Below are positions 1 through 9,899 of a DNA stretch of 64,000 nt, in pieces. This DNA is from an uncultured delta proteobacterium (GTDB lineage: Bacteria; Myxococcota_A; Polyangia; Polyangiales; Polyangiaceae). The notes under the pieces were generated by a model. That model saw nothing but the letters and a program-made list of their open reading frames with translations, made no database searches and was not told the origin of the DNA. Each line of letters starts with the position of its first letter. Position 1 is the stretch's first letter. The stretch spans positions 32,001 to 96,000 of the forward strand of contig CAVQUB010000030.1 in assembly GCA_963716725.1 (NCBI GenBank). Reading direction: 5' to 3'. Both the position numbers and the translations under genes were made by a program.

Positions 1-357
1 TACCCGCAGCGCGAGATCGCCCGCAGCGCCTACGAGTTCGAGCGCAAGCTGAACCAGCGCGACCGCATCATGGTCGGCATGAACGAGTTTCAGCAGGATG
101 AGCCCGATCGCATCCCCACGCTGAAGATCGACGAAGCGGTGCAAAAGCTTCAGATCGAAGCGCTCGGACAGGTGAAGGCGGGGCGCAGCAAGACCGAGGT
201 CGAGGCGTCGTTGGGCGCCGTGCGCGAGGCCGCACGCGGGAGCGACAACCTGATGCCGCCGATCATCCGCGCGGCTCGTGCTTATGCCACCGAGCAGGAA
301 ATTTGCGACGTGCTGCGCGAGGTCTTCGGGACCTACACGGACCCGGCGGAGTTCTGA
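1..357 (+). CDS. methylmalonyl-CoA mutase family protein, large/N-terminal subunit (3' part; runs off the window)
   Basis: Open frame from base 1: YPQREIARSAY...IMVGMNEF...NLMPPIIRAARAYATEQEICDVLREVFGTY, the typical end of split acyl-CoA mutase large subunits. Confidence 0.88.
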   Translation, partial: YPQREIARSAYEFERKLNQRDRIMVGMNEFQQDEPDRIPTLKIDEAVQKLQIEALGQVKAGRSKTEVEASLGAVREAARGSDNLMPPIIRAARAYATEQEICDVLREVFGTYTDPAEF

Positions 358-403
358 GCGCGAGGCGTTAGGGGCCGGTCACCGAGAGCGGCGGTGACGG
401 CGG

Positions 404-1435
404 TCAGCGCGCCAAGTCGATCACCAGGCGCCCTTCCAGGCCTCCACTCCGCAGTCGCCGCTGCCCGTAGTCCGCGCGTTCGAGCGGCAGTCGCTCCTGA
501 ATGCAGATCGACAGCGGCCATCTCGCGTGCAGTTCCAGCAGCTCCGCCATGTCGTGCCGAGCGGCCCCGGCGCTGCCGCAAATGCGCACACCTCGCGTCA
601 CGACGTAGCCGAGGTTCAACTGGGGTCGGTCGGCCGCGACGTTTCCGACCACGACCACGGTGCCGCCGCTGCGCACGGAGCGCAGCGCGGAGTTGAAGGT
701 GGGAGGGCCGACGCAGTCGAGCGCTACGTCGACGGGCTGAGCGATCTGCTTGTGGAAGCCCGCGCCCGCATCGACGATCACTCGGTCGGCGCCGAGGCGC
801 ATCAGATGAGGTACGTGTTTTTCGTTGCGAACGACCGCGATGACTTCTGCGCCGAGCCGCTTGGCGACTTGTACGGCGGCGTTGCCGACGCCGCCGTTTG
901 CACCCGTGACGAGGACGCTACCCCCCGAGCGTAGCTCGCCGAGCCGGGCGAGCCCGCGATAGGCGGTGCCGAAAGTGCAGTGCAAGATGGCAGCTTCGGG
1001 TGCCGGCAGCGTCGCTGGCAAGGCGTAGAAGGCGCGCTCGGGAGCCACGAGCTCGCTGGCGTATCCGCCGTCGATGGTGAGTCCGAAGAGAGACGCGCCG
1101 AACTCGCACAACGACGGGCTTCCGCTAGCGCAGGCGCGGCAGTGGCCGCAGAACTCTCGGTGCATGCTGGCCACGCGGTCGCCCACGCGGAAGTCCTTGG
1201 CGTCGGGCCCGAGTGCGATGACCCGACCCGCGGCCTCGTGGCCCGGTGTGATAGGGATGCGGATGAACGGAAAGCGCCCGTCTCGATCGATGATGTCGCG
1301 ATAGCAGATACCGCAGGCTTCGACGGCGACGCGGATCTCGCTCCCCGCGGGCGGCGAGGGATCATCCGCCGCGGATTCAATCACGAGATCCGTCTCCCAA
1401 CCCACCGCAGTGAGTCGCGCGCGCCGCGCGGTCAT
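404..1435 (-). CDS. Zn-dependent medium-chain dehydrogenase/reductase (enoyl-CoA reductase/AibC-like subgroup possible)
   Basis: CGICYRD, GHEAAG, structural Zn motif CGHCRACASGSPSLC, VTGANGGVG nucleotide-binding motif; start taken at ATG 1435. Confidence 0.88.
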   Translation of the reverse strand: MTARRARLTAVGWETDLVIESAADDPSPPAGSEIRVAVEACGICYRDIIDRDGRFPFIRIPITPGHEAAGRVIALGPDAKDFRVGDRVASMHREFCGHCRACASGSPSLCEFGASLFGLTIDGGYASELVAPERAFYALPATLPAPEAAILHCTFGTAYRGLARLGELRSGGSVLVTGANGGVGNAAVQVAKRLGAEVIAVVRNEKHVPHLMRLGADRVIVDAGAGFHKQIAQPVDVALDCVGPPTFNSALRSVRSGGTVVVVGNVAADRPQLNLGYVVTRGVRICGSAGAARHDMAELLELHARWPLSICIQERLPLERADYGQRRLRSGGLEGRLVIDLAR

Positions 1436-1501
1436 CGAGGCCTTCGGCCGCCGCTGGAGCTGGCTTCGTCTCTGGCCATGGTGCGCGCGCAACCCGGGGG
1501 T

Positions 1502-2374
1502 TCACCCCGATGACGACGAGGGTTCATCATCGCGGGTGCTGCGGATGCCCGATCGCGGGGTGCTCGGCAAGGTGTCGGTGCGAGCTGGATTGTAGGCTCT
1601 CGGCTCCTCCGCCAGGGTCGCCGGCCGACGACTGCGCACCGCGACGATCTCGTCGGGCCCTGCGGTTGGTGGCGCGACGCTGGCCCGCTGCAAGATGCGA
1701 TCGAGCGCCTCGAGAGTGGGCTTGGTGGTCGCCAGGTGCGGCTGCGAGCCACGGCGCTTGGGGGCGCGCGCCTCTGAAATGGGTAGGGGGGCGGCTGGTG
1801 CGAGAGCGCCGAGCCTCGCTTCGACGCGCGCCCGCTCACCGAGCGACTCAACCGAGATTCGGACCTCTTCGCTCGTGCCCTCCCGTGCGAAGCGCTGACA
1901 GGCACGCACGAGCGCGACCGTGAGGTGTGACAGAAGGCGGGTCGTGCGCGGTCGACCACGCACGCCGATGAACAATACGAAGCCGTCGCGCTTCTTCGAC
2001 AGATCGAAGCCGACGGGGAGTCCCACGAACAGGTGCTCGAGTGGGGCCTGCATGCGCGCTACCGTCCCCATCAGGTCACCCGGAATGCTGAAGCCGTCTT
2101 GGGAGAGCATTCGGCCCAGCTGCTCGGCGGCCATGCGCTCGAGTAGCTGCCCACTGCCGTCGCTCAGCGCCGAGTCGAGCCCGAAGAGCAGCTCCTCGGC
2201 GTCGGCGACGTCGATCGCGTCGGCGTGGGCGGCGCCGCGCAACGTGGCTCGAACCCCGGCTCTCGATAGACGCGGCTCGAGCCGCATCACGGCCCCGATC
2301 ACCGCGTCGGCGCCCGACTCCCGCTCGAACGAGTCGACCAGGTCGCGGACGAAGCGAGCGCGCAGCCCTTGCAT
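1502..2374 (-). CDS. hypothetical protein with disordered C-terminus
   Basis: Long ORF with host-like codon use; ATG 2374 preceded by TATGCT (2384-2389). Confidence 0.6.
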   Translation of the reverse strand: MQGLRARFVRDLVDSFERESGADAVIGAVMRLEPRLSRAGVRATLRGAAHADAIDVADAEELLFGLDSALSDGSGQLLERMAAEQLGRMLSQDGFSIPGDLMGTVARMQAPLEHLFVGLPVGFDLSKKRDGFVLFIGVRGRPRTTRLLSHLTVALVRACQRFAREGTSEEVRISVESLGERARVEARLGALAPAAPLPISEARAPKRRGSQPHLATTKPTLEALDRILQRASVAPPTAGPDEIVAVRSRRPATLAEEPRAYNPARTDTLPSTPRSGIRSTRDDEPSSSSG

Positions 2375-2432
2375 GGTCGGCCAAGCATAAGTAAGTCGCG
2401 CGGACTTGAGAACCGCCCTCGTCGCTCGCTCA

Positions 2433-3899
2433 TCATTCTGGGGCGCGAAGGTGGCAGTCGCGCTCTGCCCCCAGGCGGAGTCGCGGAAAATACATACCAA
2501 TGGCAAACGCGCCCAGCGAGAGCGCGAAGATCACCCAAAACACCGGGGACAGGCTAGCCGCCAGGACGTTGGACAAGTGATCTCGCTGGCTTTGCACGAG
2601 GCCGTCTCCACCGCCGGAACCCGCGAGCAGTCGCGCCGCATCGGCCGCCAGCGACGGATCGCGTCGCAGCGCGCCCGCCAGCACCTCCCCGAGCAGGCCG
2701 ACGGCGAGCGCCCCCCCGATGGTGCGAAAGAGCATGGTGCTTGCCGTCACGACGCCCCGCTCTCTGAAATCGACGCTGCCCTGCACTGCGATCAACGTGA
2801 CCGTGTTGGCGAACCCAAGCCCCACGCCGAAGAGCCCGCTCGCGATGCGAGGCACGAGCCGGCTCGCGCCGGGCTCCAAGAAGAGAGCGAGGCCGAGCGC
2901 CGCCAGGGTGGTCACCGCCAGCCCAGTGCGGATCAAGGGGCGGTATCCGACGCGGCCGACGAGGCGTCCCGCGAGCGCGCTCGAGAGCGGCCAGCCGATG
3001 GCCATCGGCGCGATGGCGGCGCCGGCGTCTGCCGCGGTGCCGCCGTTCACGCCTTGCACGAACAGCGGGACGAAGGTCAGCATGGAGACTAGCGCGGCGC
3101 CGATCAGCGTGCCCAGAGCCGTTGCGATGCGGATCAGCGGACGGGACAGCAGCGCCACGGAGAGCACCGGCTCGGCAGCACGACGCTCGACCCAAATGAA
3201 GGCAGCCAGCAATCCGGCCGCGATGGCGATGGCCCACGCGCCAACGCCGCCGCGCACGCCGAAGAGGATCAGCACGATGATCGCGCCCAGCATGCTCGCG
3301 CCCAGCAGATCCAGCTTGGCGTCTCGGCGCTCGACCCGCTCGCGCAGCGAAGTCGCGAGCAGGATAGCGGACGCCACTCCGAAGGGCACGTTCACGTAGA
3401 ACACCCAGGGCCAACCCACGTGGTGCACGATTGCGCCGCCCACCAGCGGCCCCAGGATCCCCGCCAGCCCCCATACCCCGCCGATCAGCCCCTGCATGCG
3501 TGCGCGCTCGTGCACGGTGAAGATGTCGCCGACGATAGTGAGCGCCATGGCTTGCATCGCTCCGCCGCCGAAGCCCTGGAGCGCGCGGGCAGCGATCAAG
3601 AACGCCATGCTGGGCGCCTGGCCCGCGGCCATGGAGCCGACCAAGAACAGCGCGATGGCGCTGAGCATCACCGGCTTGCGCCCGTAGAGATCGGCGAGCT
3701 TGCCGGCCATCGGCATGCTGACGGTCGAGACCACGATGTAGGCCGTGAAGACCCACGCATAGAGCGAAACGCCTCCGAGATCTCCCACCACCGTCGGCAT
3801 CGCGGTCGAGACCACGGTGATCTCGAGCGCCGACATGAACACGGCGAGCATCACCGCGAGGACCGTCAGCGGCCGGTGCGTCGAGGCGTCGACGGACAC
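2433..3899 (-). CDS. MFS transporter, DHA2/EmrB-QacA-like (14 TM)
   Basis: Motif A GKLADLYGRK, ARALQGFGGG, WPWVFYVNVPFG, many hydrophobic helices. Confidence 0.92.
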   Translation of the reverse strand: MSVDASTHRPLTVLAVMLAVFMSALEITVVSTAMPTVVGDLGGVSLYAWVFTAYIVVSTVSMPMAGKLADLYGRKPVMLSAIALFLVGSMAAGQAPSMAFLIAARALQGFGGGAMQAMALTIVGDIFTVHERARMQGLIGGVWGLAGILGPLVGGAIVHHVGWPWVFYVNVPFGVASAILLATSLRERVERRDAKLDLLGASMLGAIIVLILFGVRGGVGAWAIAIAAGLLAAFIWVERRAAEPVLSVALLSRPLIRIATALGTLIGAALVSMLTFVPLFVQGVNGGTAADAGAAIAPMAIGWPLSSALAGRLVGRVGYRPLIRTGLAVTTLAALGLALFLEPGASRLVPRIASGLFGVGLGFANTVTLIAVQGSVDFRERGVVTASTMLFRTIGGALAVGLLGEVLAGALRRDPSLAADAARLLAGSGGGDGLVQSQRDHLSNVLAASLSPVFWVIFALSLGAFAIGMYFPRLRLGAERDCHLRAPE

Positions 3900-3904
3900 G
3901 GTCC

Positions 3905-5104
3905 TCAGATCGCGCGGAGCGCGTCGTCGATGTCCGCGAGCACGTCGGACGGCTCTTCGATCCCCACCGAAAGCCGGATCAGTGCCGGATCGATGCCGAC
4001 GCGGGCCAACTCTTCGTCGGAGAGTTCGAAGTAGCTCATCAGCGCAGGCTGCTCGATCAAGGTCTCGACGCCGCCCAGCGATGGCGCGATGGCGGCGAGG
4101 CGACAGGCGTCGACGACGCGGCCCGCCGCCGCGCGGCCGCCTTTGACGACGAAGCTCACGACGCCCCCACCGCCGCGCATCTGGCTTGCGGCGACGGAGT
4201 GCGACGGATGACTCGACAGCATCGGGTAGTAGACGCGCTCGATCGCCGGGTGGAACTCGAGCATCTTGGCGACGGCCAGCGCGCTGGCATTCTGCTTTTC
4301 GACGCGCACCGCCAGGGTCTTGAGCCCGCGGCCAATCAAGAACGCCGCGTGGGGGTCCAGGTTGGAGCCCAGTACGCCGCGTAGCTCGCGGATCAGCGAG
4401 ATCAGATGGGTCGGTCCTGCGACGAAGCCCCCCATTACGTCGTTGTGACCTGAGAGGTACTTGGTCGCGGAGTGCACAATCAGATCGATGCCATGATCGC
4501 GCGGCCTGAGGTTCACCGGCGTGGCGAAGGTCGAATCCACCAGCGTGCGTACGCGCCCCTTGCTCTTTGCGATGCGCGACAGTGCCGCGAGATCCGTGCA
4601 GTAAAGGTAGGGGTTCGTCGGCGACTCTCCGATGCAGAGTCGTGTCTCCGGCAAGATGGCTGCCTCCAGCTCATCGAGCGCGGCAGGTCCCACCAGCGTG
4701 TGTCGGACGCCGAAGCGCGCGAGCGTCTGGCTCACGAACTGGCGCGTGCGGCGGTAGCAGTCACGGAACAGCACGACGTGATCGCCGGACTTGGTCAGCG
4801 CCAATATCGACGTGGTCACGGCCGCCATGCCCGTGGCGAAGGCGACGGCGTCGTCGGTGCTCTCGAGCGCCGCGACACGCCGCTCGACCTCCCGCACCGT
4901 CGGGTTGCCGTAGCGGCCGTATTCCTCCCGGTCGGCGTCCCGGTCTTCGCCCCGCATGTAGCGCTCGAGATCCGCCGTGTCCTTGAAGGTGTACGTGGCC
5001 GTTTGGGCGATGCTCGGCGTCAGCGCATGGTGTGGGCGGTGGGCGAGGGCGCCCGCGTGCACCGCGTCCGTGCTGCTGGCGCCCTTGCGCTCGTGCTCGG
5101 ACAT
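3905..5104 (-). CDS. PLP-dependent trans-sulfuration enzyme (cystathionine gamma-synthase family)
   Basis: YGRYGNPT, ATGMAA, ESPTNP, DSTFATP, HSATKYLSGHND (PLP Lys), SLGGVETL, RLSVGIE. Confidence 0.93.
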   Translation of the reverse strand: MSEHERKGASSTDAVHAGALAHRPHHALTPSIAQTATYTFKDTADLERYMRGEDRDADREEYGRYGNPTVREVERRVAALESTDDAVAFATGMAAVTTSILALTKSGDHVVLFRDCYRRTRQFVSQTLARFGVRHTLVGPAALDELEAAILPETRLCIGESPTNPYLYCTDLAALSRIAKSKGRVRTLVDSTFATPVNLRPRDHGIDLIVHSATKYLSGHNDVMGGFVAGPTHLISLIRELRGVLGSNLDPHAAFLIGRGLKTLAVRVEKQNASALAVAKMLEFHPAIERVYYPMLSSHPSHSVAASQMRGGGGVVSFVVKGGRAAAGRVVDACRLAAIAPSLGGVETLIEQPALMSYFELSDEELARVGIDPALIRLSVGIEEPSDVLADIDDALRAI

Positions 5105-5109
5105 GCTGG

Positions 5110-6828
5110 TCAGTGCCCGAGCAGCTGGCGAACGCGCGCGGAGATGGTCTCCGCCGCGTCGGCGAGCGGCACGATCTCGACCTGCTTCGGATCCGGCTCA
5201 CTGCGTGGTTTGAGTTCCACGCCGCCGCTCTTCAGCGCCCTGGCTCCGATGGTGACACGCAGCGGGATGCCGATCAGGTCGGCGTCCTTGAACTTGACCC
5301 CGGGGCGGTCCTCTCGGTCATCGACCAGCACTTCGATGCCCTTGGCTTCGAGCGCTTGCTCGAGCTCAGCCACGGCGGCCTCGACCTCCGGCTCGGCGCC
5401 GAGTTGAACGATGTGCACCTGGTAGGGCGCCAGGGCCATCGGCCAGGTGATGCCGTTTTGGTCGTGGTTCTGCTCCACGGCGGTTGCGACCAAGCGGGAC
5501 ACGCCGATGCCGTAGCAACCCATGACGATGGGCTGCTGCTCTCCTTTGTCGTCGAGGTAGGTCGCGCCCATCTTGCTCGAGTAGTGGGTGCCGAGCAGGA
5601 AGATGTGCCCCGCCTCGATGCCGCGGTAGATGCCCAGCGGAGAGCCGCACTCGGGGCAAAGGTCGCCCTCTTTCACGCTGCGGATGTCGCAGACCTGTCC
5701 GGTGAAGTCGCGGCCGGGCTGGACGTGGTTCAGGTGGTGGTCGGTCTGATTGGCACCGGTGATGCCATCGACCACGCTGGCGGCGCTGCCGTCCACGATC
5801 AGGCGGCCAGAGAAGCCCACCGGCCCTGCGAAACCCACGGCCGCGCCGGTCGCCTTCTGCACGTCCTCGGCGCTGGCCATGAACACCTCTCCCACGCCCA
5901 GGGCGCGGGCGAGCTTGATCTCGTTGACCTCGTGGTCGCCCCGCACGACGGCCATCACGACCTGCTTGTCGGCGACGTAGAGCAAGCTCTTGAGGAACTT
6001 GTGGGGGGCGGCGCCGAGGAAGGCGCTGACCTCTCCGATGCTGCGTTGGCTCGGCGTGTGCACCCGCTCGTGCGCCGGTGTCTGCTCGGGATCCGCGCTC
6101 CGGGGCGCGGGAGGCGAGCTCGCCACCTCGAGGTTGGCCGCGTATTGGCACTTGGTGCACGCAGCCAAGAAGTCCTCTCCGCTCTGGACGAGCACCTGAA
6201 ACTCGGCGCTGCCGGAGCCGCCGATGGCGCCCGAGTCCGCGCTCACCATGCGATAGCTGAGGCCCATGCGATCGAAGATCTGCGTATAGGCGACCCGCAT
6301 GGACTCGTAGCTGGCCCGTGCCCGAGTTTCGTCTGCATCGAACGAGTAGGCGTCCTTCATGCTGAACTCGCGGCAGCGCAAGAGTCCGCCTCGCGGTCGG
6401 GGCTCGTCGCGGAACTTGGTCTGGATCTGGTAGAGGTTCTTCGGCATGTCCCGGTAGCTCTTGATCTCATGCCGGGCGAGATCGGTGATGATCTCCTCGT
6501 GGGTGGGGCCCAGGTGGTAGTCCGTGCCTTTGCGGTCCTTGATTCGGAACAGGACCTCGCCGTACAGGTCCCAACGGCCCGTCTCACGGAAGTACTCGGC
6601 GGGCAGCAGAGCCGGCAAGAGCACCTCTTGGGCGCCTGCTCGGTTCATCTCGTCACGCACGATCTTCTCGACGCGCCGGAGCACCCTCACGCCCAGCGGC
6701 AAGTAGCTGTACACGCCGGCACCGACGCGGCGGATGTATCCTGCGCGAAGCAGGAGCACGTGGCTCGCGCTGGTGGCGTCGGAGGGGGCTTCCTTGAGGG
6801 TCGGCAAGAGCAGGTTGCGGTACCGCAT
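5110..6828 (-). CDS. proS: proline--tRNA ligase with editing (INS) domain
   Basis: LGPTHEE, YQIQTKFRDEPRPRGGLLR.REF.MKDAYSF, GIEAGHIF.LG, MGCYGIGVSR, PGVKFKDADLIGIP. Confidence 0.97.
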   Translation of the reverse strand: MRYRNLLLPTLKEAPSDATSASHVLLLRAGYIRRVGAGVYSYLPLGVRVLRRVEKIVRDEMNRAGAQEVLLPALLPAEYFRETGRWDLYGEVLFRIKDRKGTDYHLGPTHEEIITDLARHEIKSYRDMPKNLYQIQTKFRDEPRPRGGLLRCREFSMKDAYSFDADETRARASYESMRVAYTQIFDRMGLSYRMVSADSGAIGGSGSAEFQVLVQSGEDFLAACTKCQYAANLEVASSPPAPRSADPEQTPAHERVHTPSQRSIGEVSAFLGAAPHKFLKSLLYVADKQVVMAVVRGDHEVNEIKLARALGVGEVFMASAEDVQKATGAAVGFAGPVGFSGRLIVDGSAASVVDGITGANQTDHHLNHVQPGRDFTGQVCDIRSVKEGDLCPECGSPLGIYRGIEAGHIFLLGTHYSSKMGATYLDDKGEQQPIVMGCYGIGVSRLVATAVEQNHDQNGITWPMALAPYQVHIVQLGAEPEVEAAVAELEQALEAKGIEVLVDDREDRPGVKFKDADLIGIPLRVTIGARALKSGGVELKPRSEPDPKQVEIVPLADAAETISARVRQLLGH

Positions 6829-6986
6829 GGCGGTCCGGCTCCTACCACGAACGTCCCCCAGCGCCCTGTTCTTGACCAGTTTAGTGGCCTTTGTTTTAGA
6901 CCAAGACAGCATGTTTTGTGCTGGACCGGGTCGTCGTCGCAATTGCCGAGTTGTCGGACCGGGAATTGCGGATAATACAGCCGCAG

Positions 6987-9257
6987 ATGCCGACGCTGGC
7001 CCCGACCACCTGGAAAGCGCTGCTCGCTGCTCGAACCCGCGAAGACTGGAGCCGCGAGATCGACGTGTTCGAGAGGCAGATCGAGCTGAGACAACTCGGC
7101 AAGATCGAGGAAAAGCTGTTCGCTGAGACCCGGCTGCGGCGCGGAGCCTACGGGCAGCGCTACGACAACGGTCAGCGTCACGACGGGCAGAAGTCTCAGG
7201 CGCTCGCCTTCCCCGCACGTCCGACCAAGGGCCCGGGAACGTTCTGGGACGCGCCGGGCATGATGCGTCTGAAGGTCCCCTACGGGAAGCTCGCGGCCGA
7301 GCAGCTCGAAGCGATGGCCGAGCTCGCCGAGGAGTACTCGGATTCGATCTTGCACGTCACGACCCGACAAGACGTTCAGCTGCACTTCGTTCACATCGAA
7401 GACACACCTGACCTGATGCGCCGACTCGCGGCCGTCGGCATCACCAGCCGCGAAGCCTGTGGCAACTCGGTCCGCAACGTCACGCAGTGCACCAGCGCTG
7501 GTGCTTGTGCGGGAGAAGCCTTCGATACGACGCCCTACGCTCGAGCGCTGACCTTTTTCTTGCTCGGGCACGACGACGTCCAAGACATGGGTCGCAAGTT
7601 CAAGGTTGCGTTTTCGGGCTGCCGGCAGAGCGCCTGCGGGCTAACGAGCTTCCACGACATCGGCGCAATCGCCGCTACGCGCGACGTGGAAGGCAAGACC
7701 GAACGCGGATTTCAGCTCGTCGTCGGCGGCGGCCTCGGCGCGGTGCCCCAGGCCGCGCAGCCCCTCGAAGCGTTCACGCACGAGTCGGAGCTCCTACCGA
7801 TGTCGCAGGCGATCTGCCGCGTCTTCGCCCGCCTCGGTGAGCGCGAGAACCGGCAGCGGGCGCGCCTCAAGTTCCTGGTCAAGCGGCTGGGCATCGAGGA
7901 GTTCCGCCGGCTCGTGCGCGAGGAGCGGGCCGCGCTCCGTCCCGACCCGCGCTGGACCGCGTTCCTGGACGATCTCCACGCGACGGACGAGCAACCGCTC
8001 CGGCCACCGCGCCCTTTGTCCAACCAGGCCGCGGCCGCGGCCGGCGAAGGCTTCGCCCGCTGGCGCACGGACAACGTCCGCGCCCAGAAGCAGCCGGGGT
8101 ACTCGCTGGCCACCATCACTCTCCCGCTCGGAGATCTGACGAGTCACCAGGCGCGCGCGGTGGCGGTCATCGCCCGGCGGTTCACCGGAGACACGATGCG
8201 AACCACCGTGGACCAGAACCTGCTCCTGCGCTGGGTGAGCGACGCCGATCTGCCGGAGGTCCACGCCGCGCTCGCGAGCGTCGGGCTCGACGAAGCGGGC
8301 GCCGGGACCATCGCGGACGTCACGGCGTGCCCGGGCACGGACACCTGCAAGCTGGGCATTTCGGCGTCACGCGGCCTGGCTGGCGAACTCCGCCGTCGCC
8401 TGCGGGTCGTGCAAGCGGCGGCGGCGCGGGAGCTGCACGTCAAATGCAGCGGTTGCTACAATTCGTGCGCGCAGCATCACGTAGCGGACATCGGATTTCT
8501 CGGAGTGAGCCGAGTCGTGGCAGGTCGCCGGGTGCCGCACTTCCAGCTGGTGGTCGGTGGCCAGTGGAGCGAAAACGCCGGCGCGTTCGGTCTTGCGATC
8601 GGCGCGGTTCCGTCCAAGAACGTGCCGATGCTCATCGACGCGCTGGTGGCGCGCTTCGTGGCTGAGCGCGCCGAGGGGGAAGGCTTTCGCGCCTGGGTCC
8701 AGCGGGTGGGCAAGAAGTCGATTCGCGCCATGGTGGACGCTCACGCTCACGTGCCTCCCCGCGACGTCGACCCGTCGTACTACTCGGACTGGGGCGACCC
8801 CCGGGAGTACACCATCGGCGACATCGGAGAAGGCGAGTGTGCAGGGGCCGTGGTGAGCTATCTCGAGATGGGCCTCGCTGCCAGCGAGCGCGAGGTGTTC
8901 GAGGCGCAGCTCATGCTCGACGACGGGGACGCGGCTGCTGCGGCCGCTCGAGCGCTCAGCGCCATGCTTCAGGCCGCCCGCGCCCTCGCTCACGAGAAGA
9001 ACAGCAACGTCTCCGACGATCCGTCGGAGGTCGTGGCGGAGTTCCGGACGCACTTCTACGATACCAAGCTGTTTTTCGATCCCTTCGTGGGTGGCAAGTT
9101 CGCGCACTATCTGTTCAACGCTCAGGCCGAGCGAGCCAAGAGCGCAACGCTGGAGTCTGCGCGTCAGCTGCTCGAAGAGGCGCAGCTCTTCCTGGATGCC
9201 GCGCACGCCTGCCACGCGCGGCTGGTGGCTGTGCAATCACCCACGGCGGCGGAGTGA
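6987..9257 (+). CDS. siroheme nitrite/sulfite reductase with extra C-terminal helical domain
   Basis: HVTTRQDVQLH, ACGNSVRN, RKFKVAFSGC, ACPGTDTCKLG, SGCYNSCAQHH; about 130-aa extension after DWGD...GECAG. Confidence 0.92.
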   Translation: MPTLAPTTWKALLAARTREDWSREIDVFERQIELRQLGKIEEKLFAETRLRRGAYGQRYDNGQRHDGQKSQALAFPARPTKGPGTFWDAPGMMRLKVPYGKLAAEQLEAMAELAEEYSDSILHVTTRQDVQLHFVHIEDTPDLMRRLAAVGITSREACGNSVRNVTQCTSAGACAGEAFDTTPYARALTFFLLGHDDVQDMGRKFKVAFSGCRQSACGLTSFHDIGAIAATRDVEGKTERGFQLVVGGGLGAVPQAAQPLEAFTHESELLPMSQAICRVFARLGERENRQRARLKFLVKRLGIEEFRRLVREERAALRPDPRWTAFLDDLHATDEQPLRPPRPLSNQAAAAAGEGFARWRTDNVRAQKQPGYSLATITLPLGDLTSHQARAVAVIARRFTGDTMRTTVDQNLLLRWVSDADLPEVHAALASVGLDEAGAGTIADVTACPGTDTCKLGISASRGLAGELRRRLRVVQAAAARELHVKCSGCYNSCAQHHVADIGFLGVSRVVAGRRVPHFQLVVGGQWSENAGAFGLAIGAVPSKNVPMLIDALVARFVAERAEGEGFRAWVQRVGKKSIRAMVDAHAHVPPRDVDPSYYSDWGDPREYTIGDIGEGECAGAVVSYLEMGLAASEREVFEAQLMLDDGDAAAAAARALSAMLQAARALAHEKNSNVSDDPSEVVAEFRTHFYDTKLFFDPFVGGKFAHYLFNAQAERAKSATLESARQLLEEAQLFLDAAHACHARLVAVQSPTAAE

Positions 9258-9261
9258 GCGG

Positions 9262-9831
9262 ATGAAGGCCCGACGCGTCGAACTTTCGCTGCCCATCGAG
9301 GCCGGCACGTTGCCGGATCCCGAGGACGCGGTGCCGGTCTTTCACGCGTGGATCGGCGACGAGACGCTGGGGGAGGTTTTGGTGGACGTTGCGCGCTACG
9401 GACACGTGGCCAACGCGCCGGCGGTGATCTTGGTTGGGCTCCTGAGCGATTACGCCATTGAGGTGACACCAGTGGGCCAGCGCTTCGCGGCCGTCAGGAA
9501 GCGCGATGCGGCCACGGAGGAGGACCGCCTCGGGGACGTGGCTGAGAGACTGCTGAGCGCGGCGAGGCTCTTCGGGCTTGCGCTGCCGCAGGTCCGGTTT
9601 CGCACCGACGAGCTGACGCTTCGAGTGCTCGATCGACTCAATGCACCGAATACGCCTGAGACCTTCACACGCATCGCGGAGGAGGTCGGGGTGTTCGCGA
9701 GGGCCTGGCTCGGAGAAGTGAGACTCGAGCACGCAGCGGATCTCGCCGCGCCGCTCGCGATCCGCATCCATCGCTCGTTGAACGAGCCCTTGGACGCCCT
9801 CGCGTCCCGCTTGCCCGGGCGCACGGGCTGA
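9262..9831 (+). CDS. hypothetical protein coupled to the sulfite reductase
   Basis: ATG 4 nt after the reductase stop with GGAG upstream; PVFHAWI...VLVDVARYGHV motif. Confidence 0.7.
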   Translation: MKARRVELSLPIEAGTLPDPEDAVPVFHAWIGDETLGEVLVDVARYGHVANAPAVILVGLLSDYAIEVTPVGQRFAAVRKRDAATEEDRLGDVAERLLSAARLFGLALPQVRFRTDELTLRVLDRLNAPNTPETFTRIAEEVGVFARAWLGEVRLEHAADLAAPLAIRIHRSLNEPLDALASRLPGRTG

Positions 9832-9840
9832 ACGACGCAC

Positions 9841-9871
9841 AAAAAGTGACGGGTCCCTTTCGGGACCCGTC
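9841..9871 (-). terminator. rho-independent terminator of the 9900-10754 gene (may be bidirectional)
   Basis: Perfect 10-bp stem GACGGGTCCC/GGGACCCGTC, GAAA loop on the minus strand, then ACTTTTT; lies between convergent genes. Confidence 0.85.
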
Positions 9872-9899
9872 GTGTCGGGGTTGGGGGGTCCGGGATGAA

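Noticed and set aside
5032..6975. Long antisense/alternate-frame ORFs (e.g. 647 aa opposite proS; also 36078-38120, 43462-45561, 47567-49258, 49457-51433)
   Set aside because: Shadow ORFs expected from high GC3; they overlap well-supported genes and show no motifs
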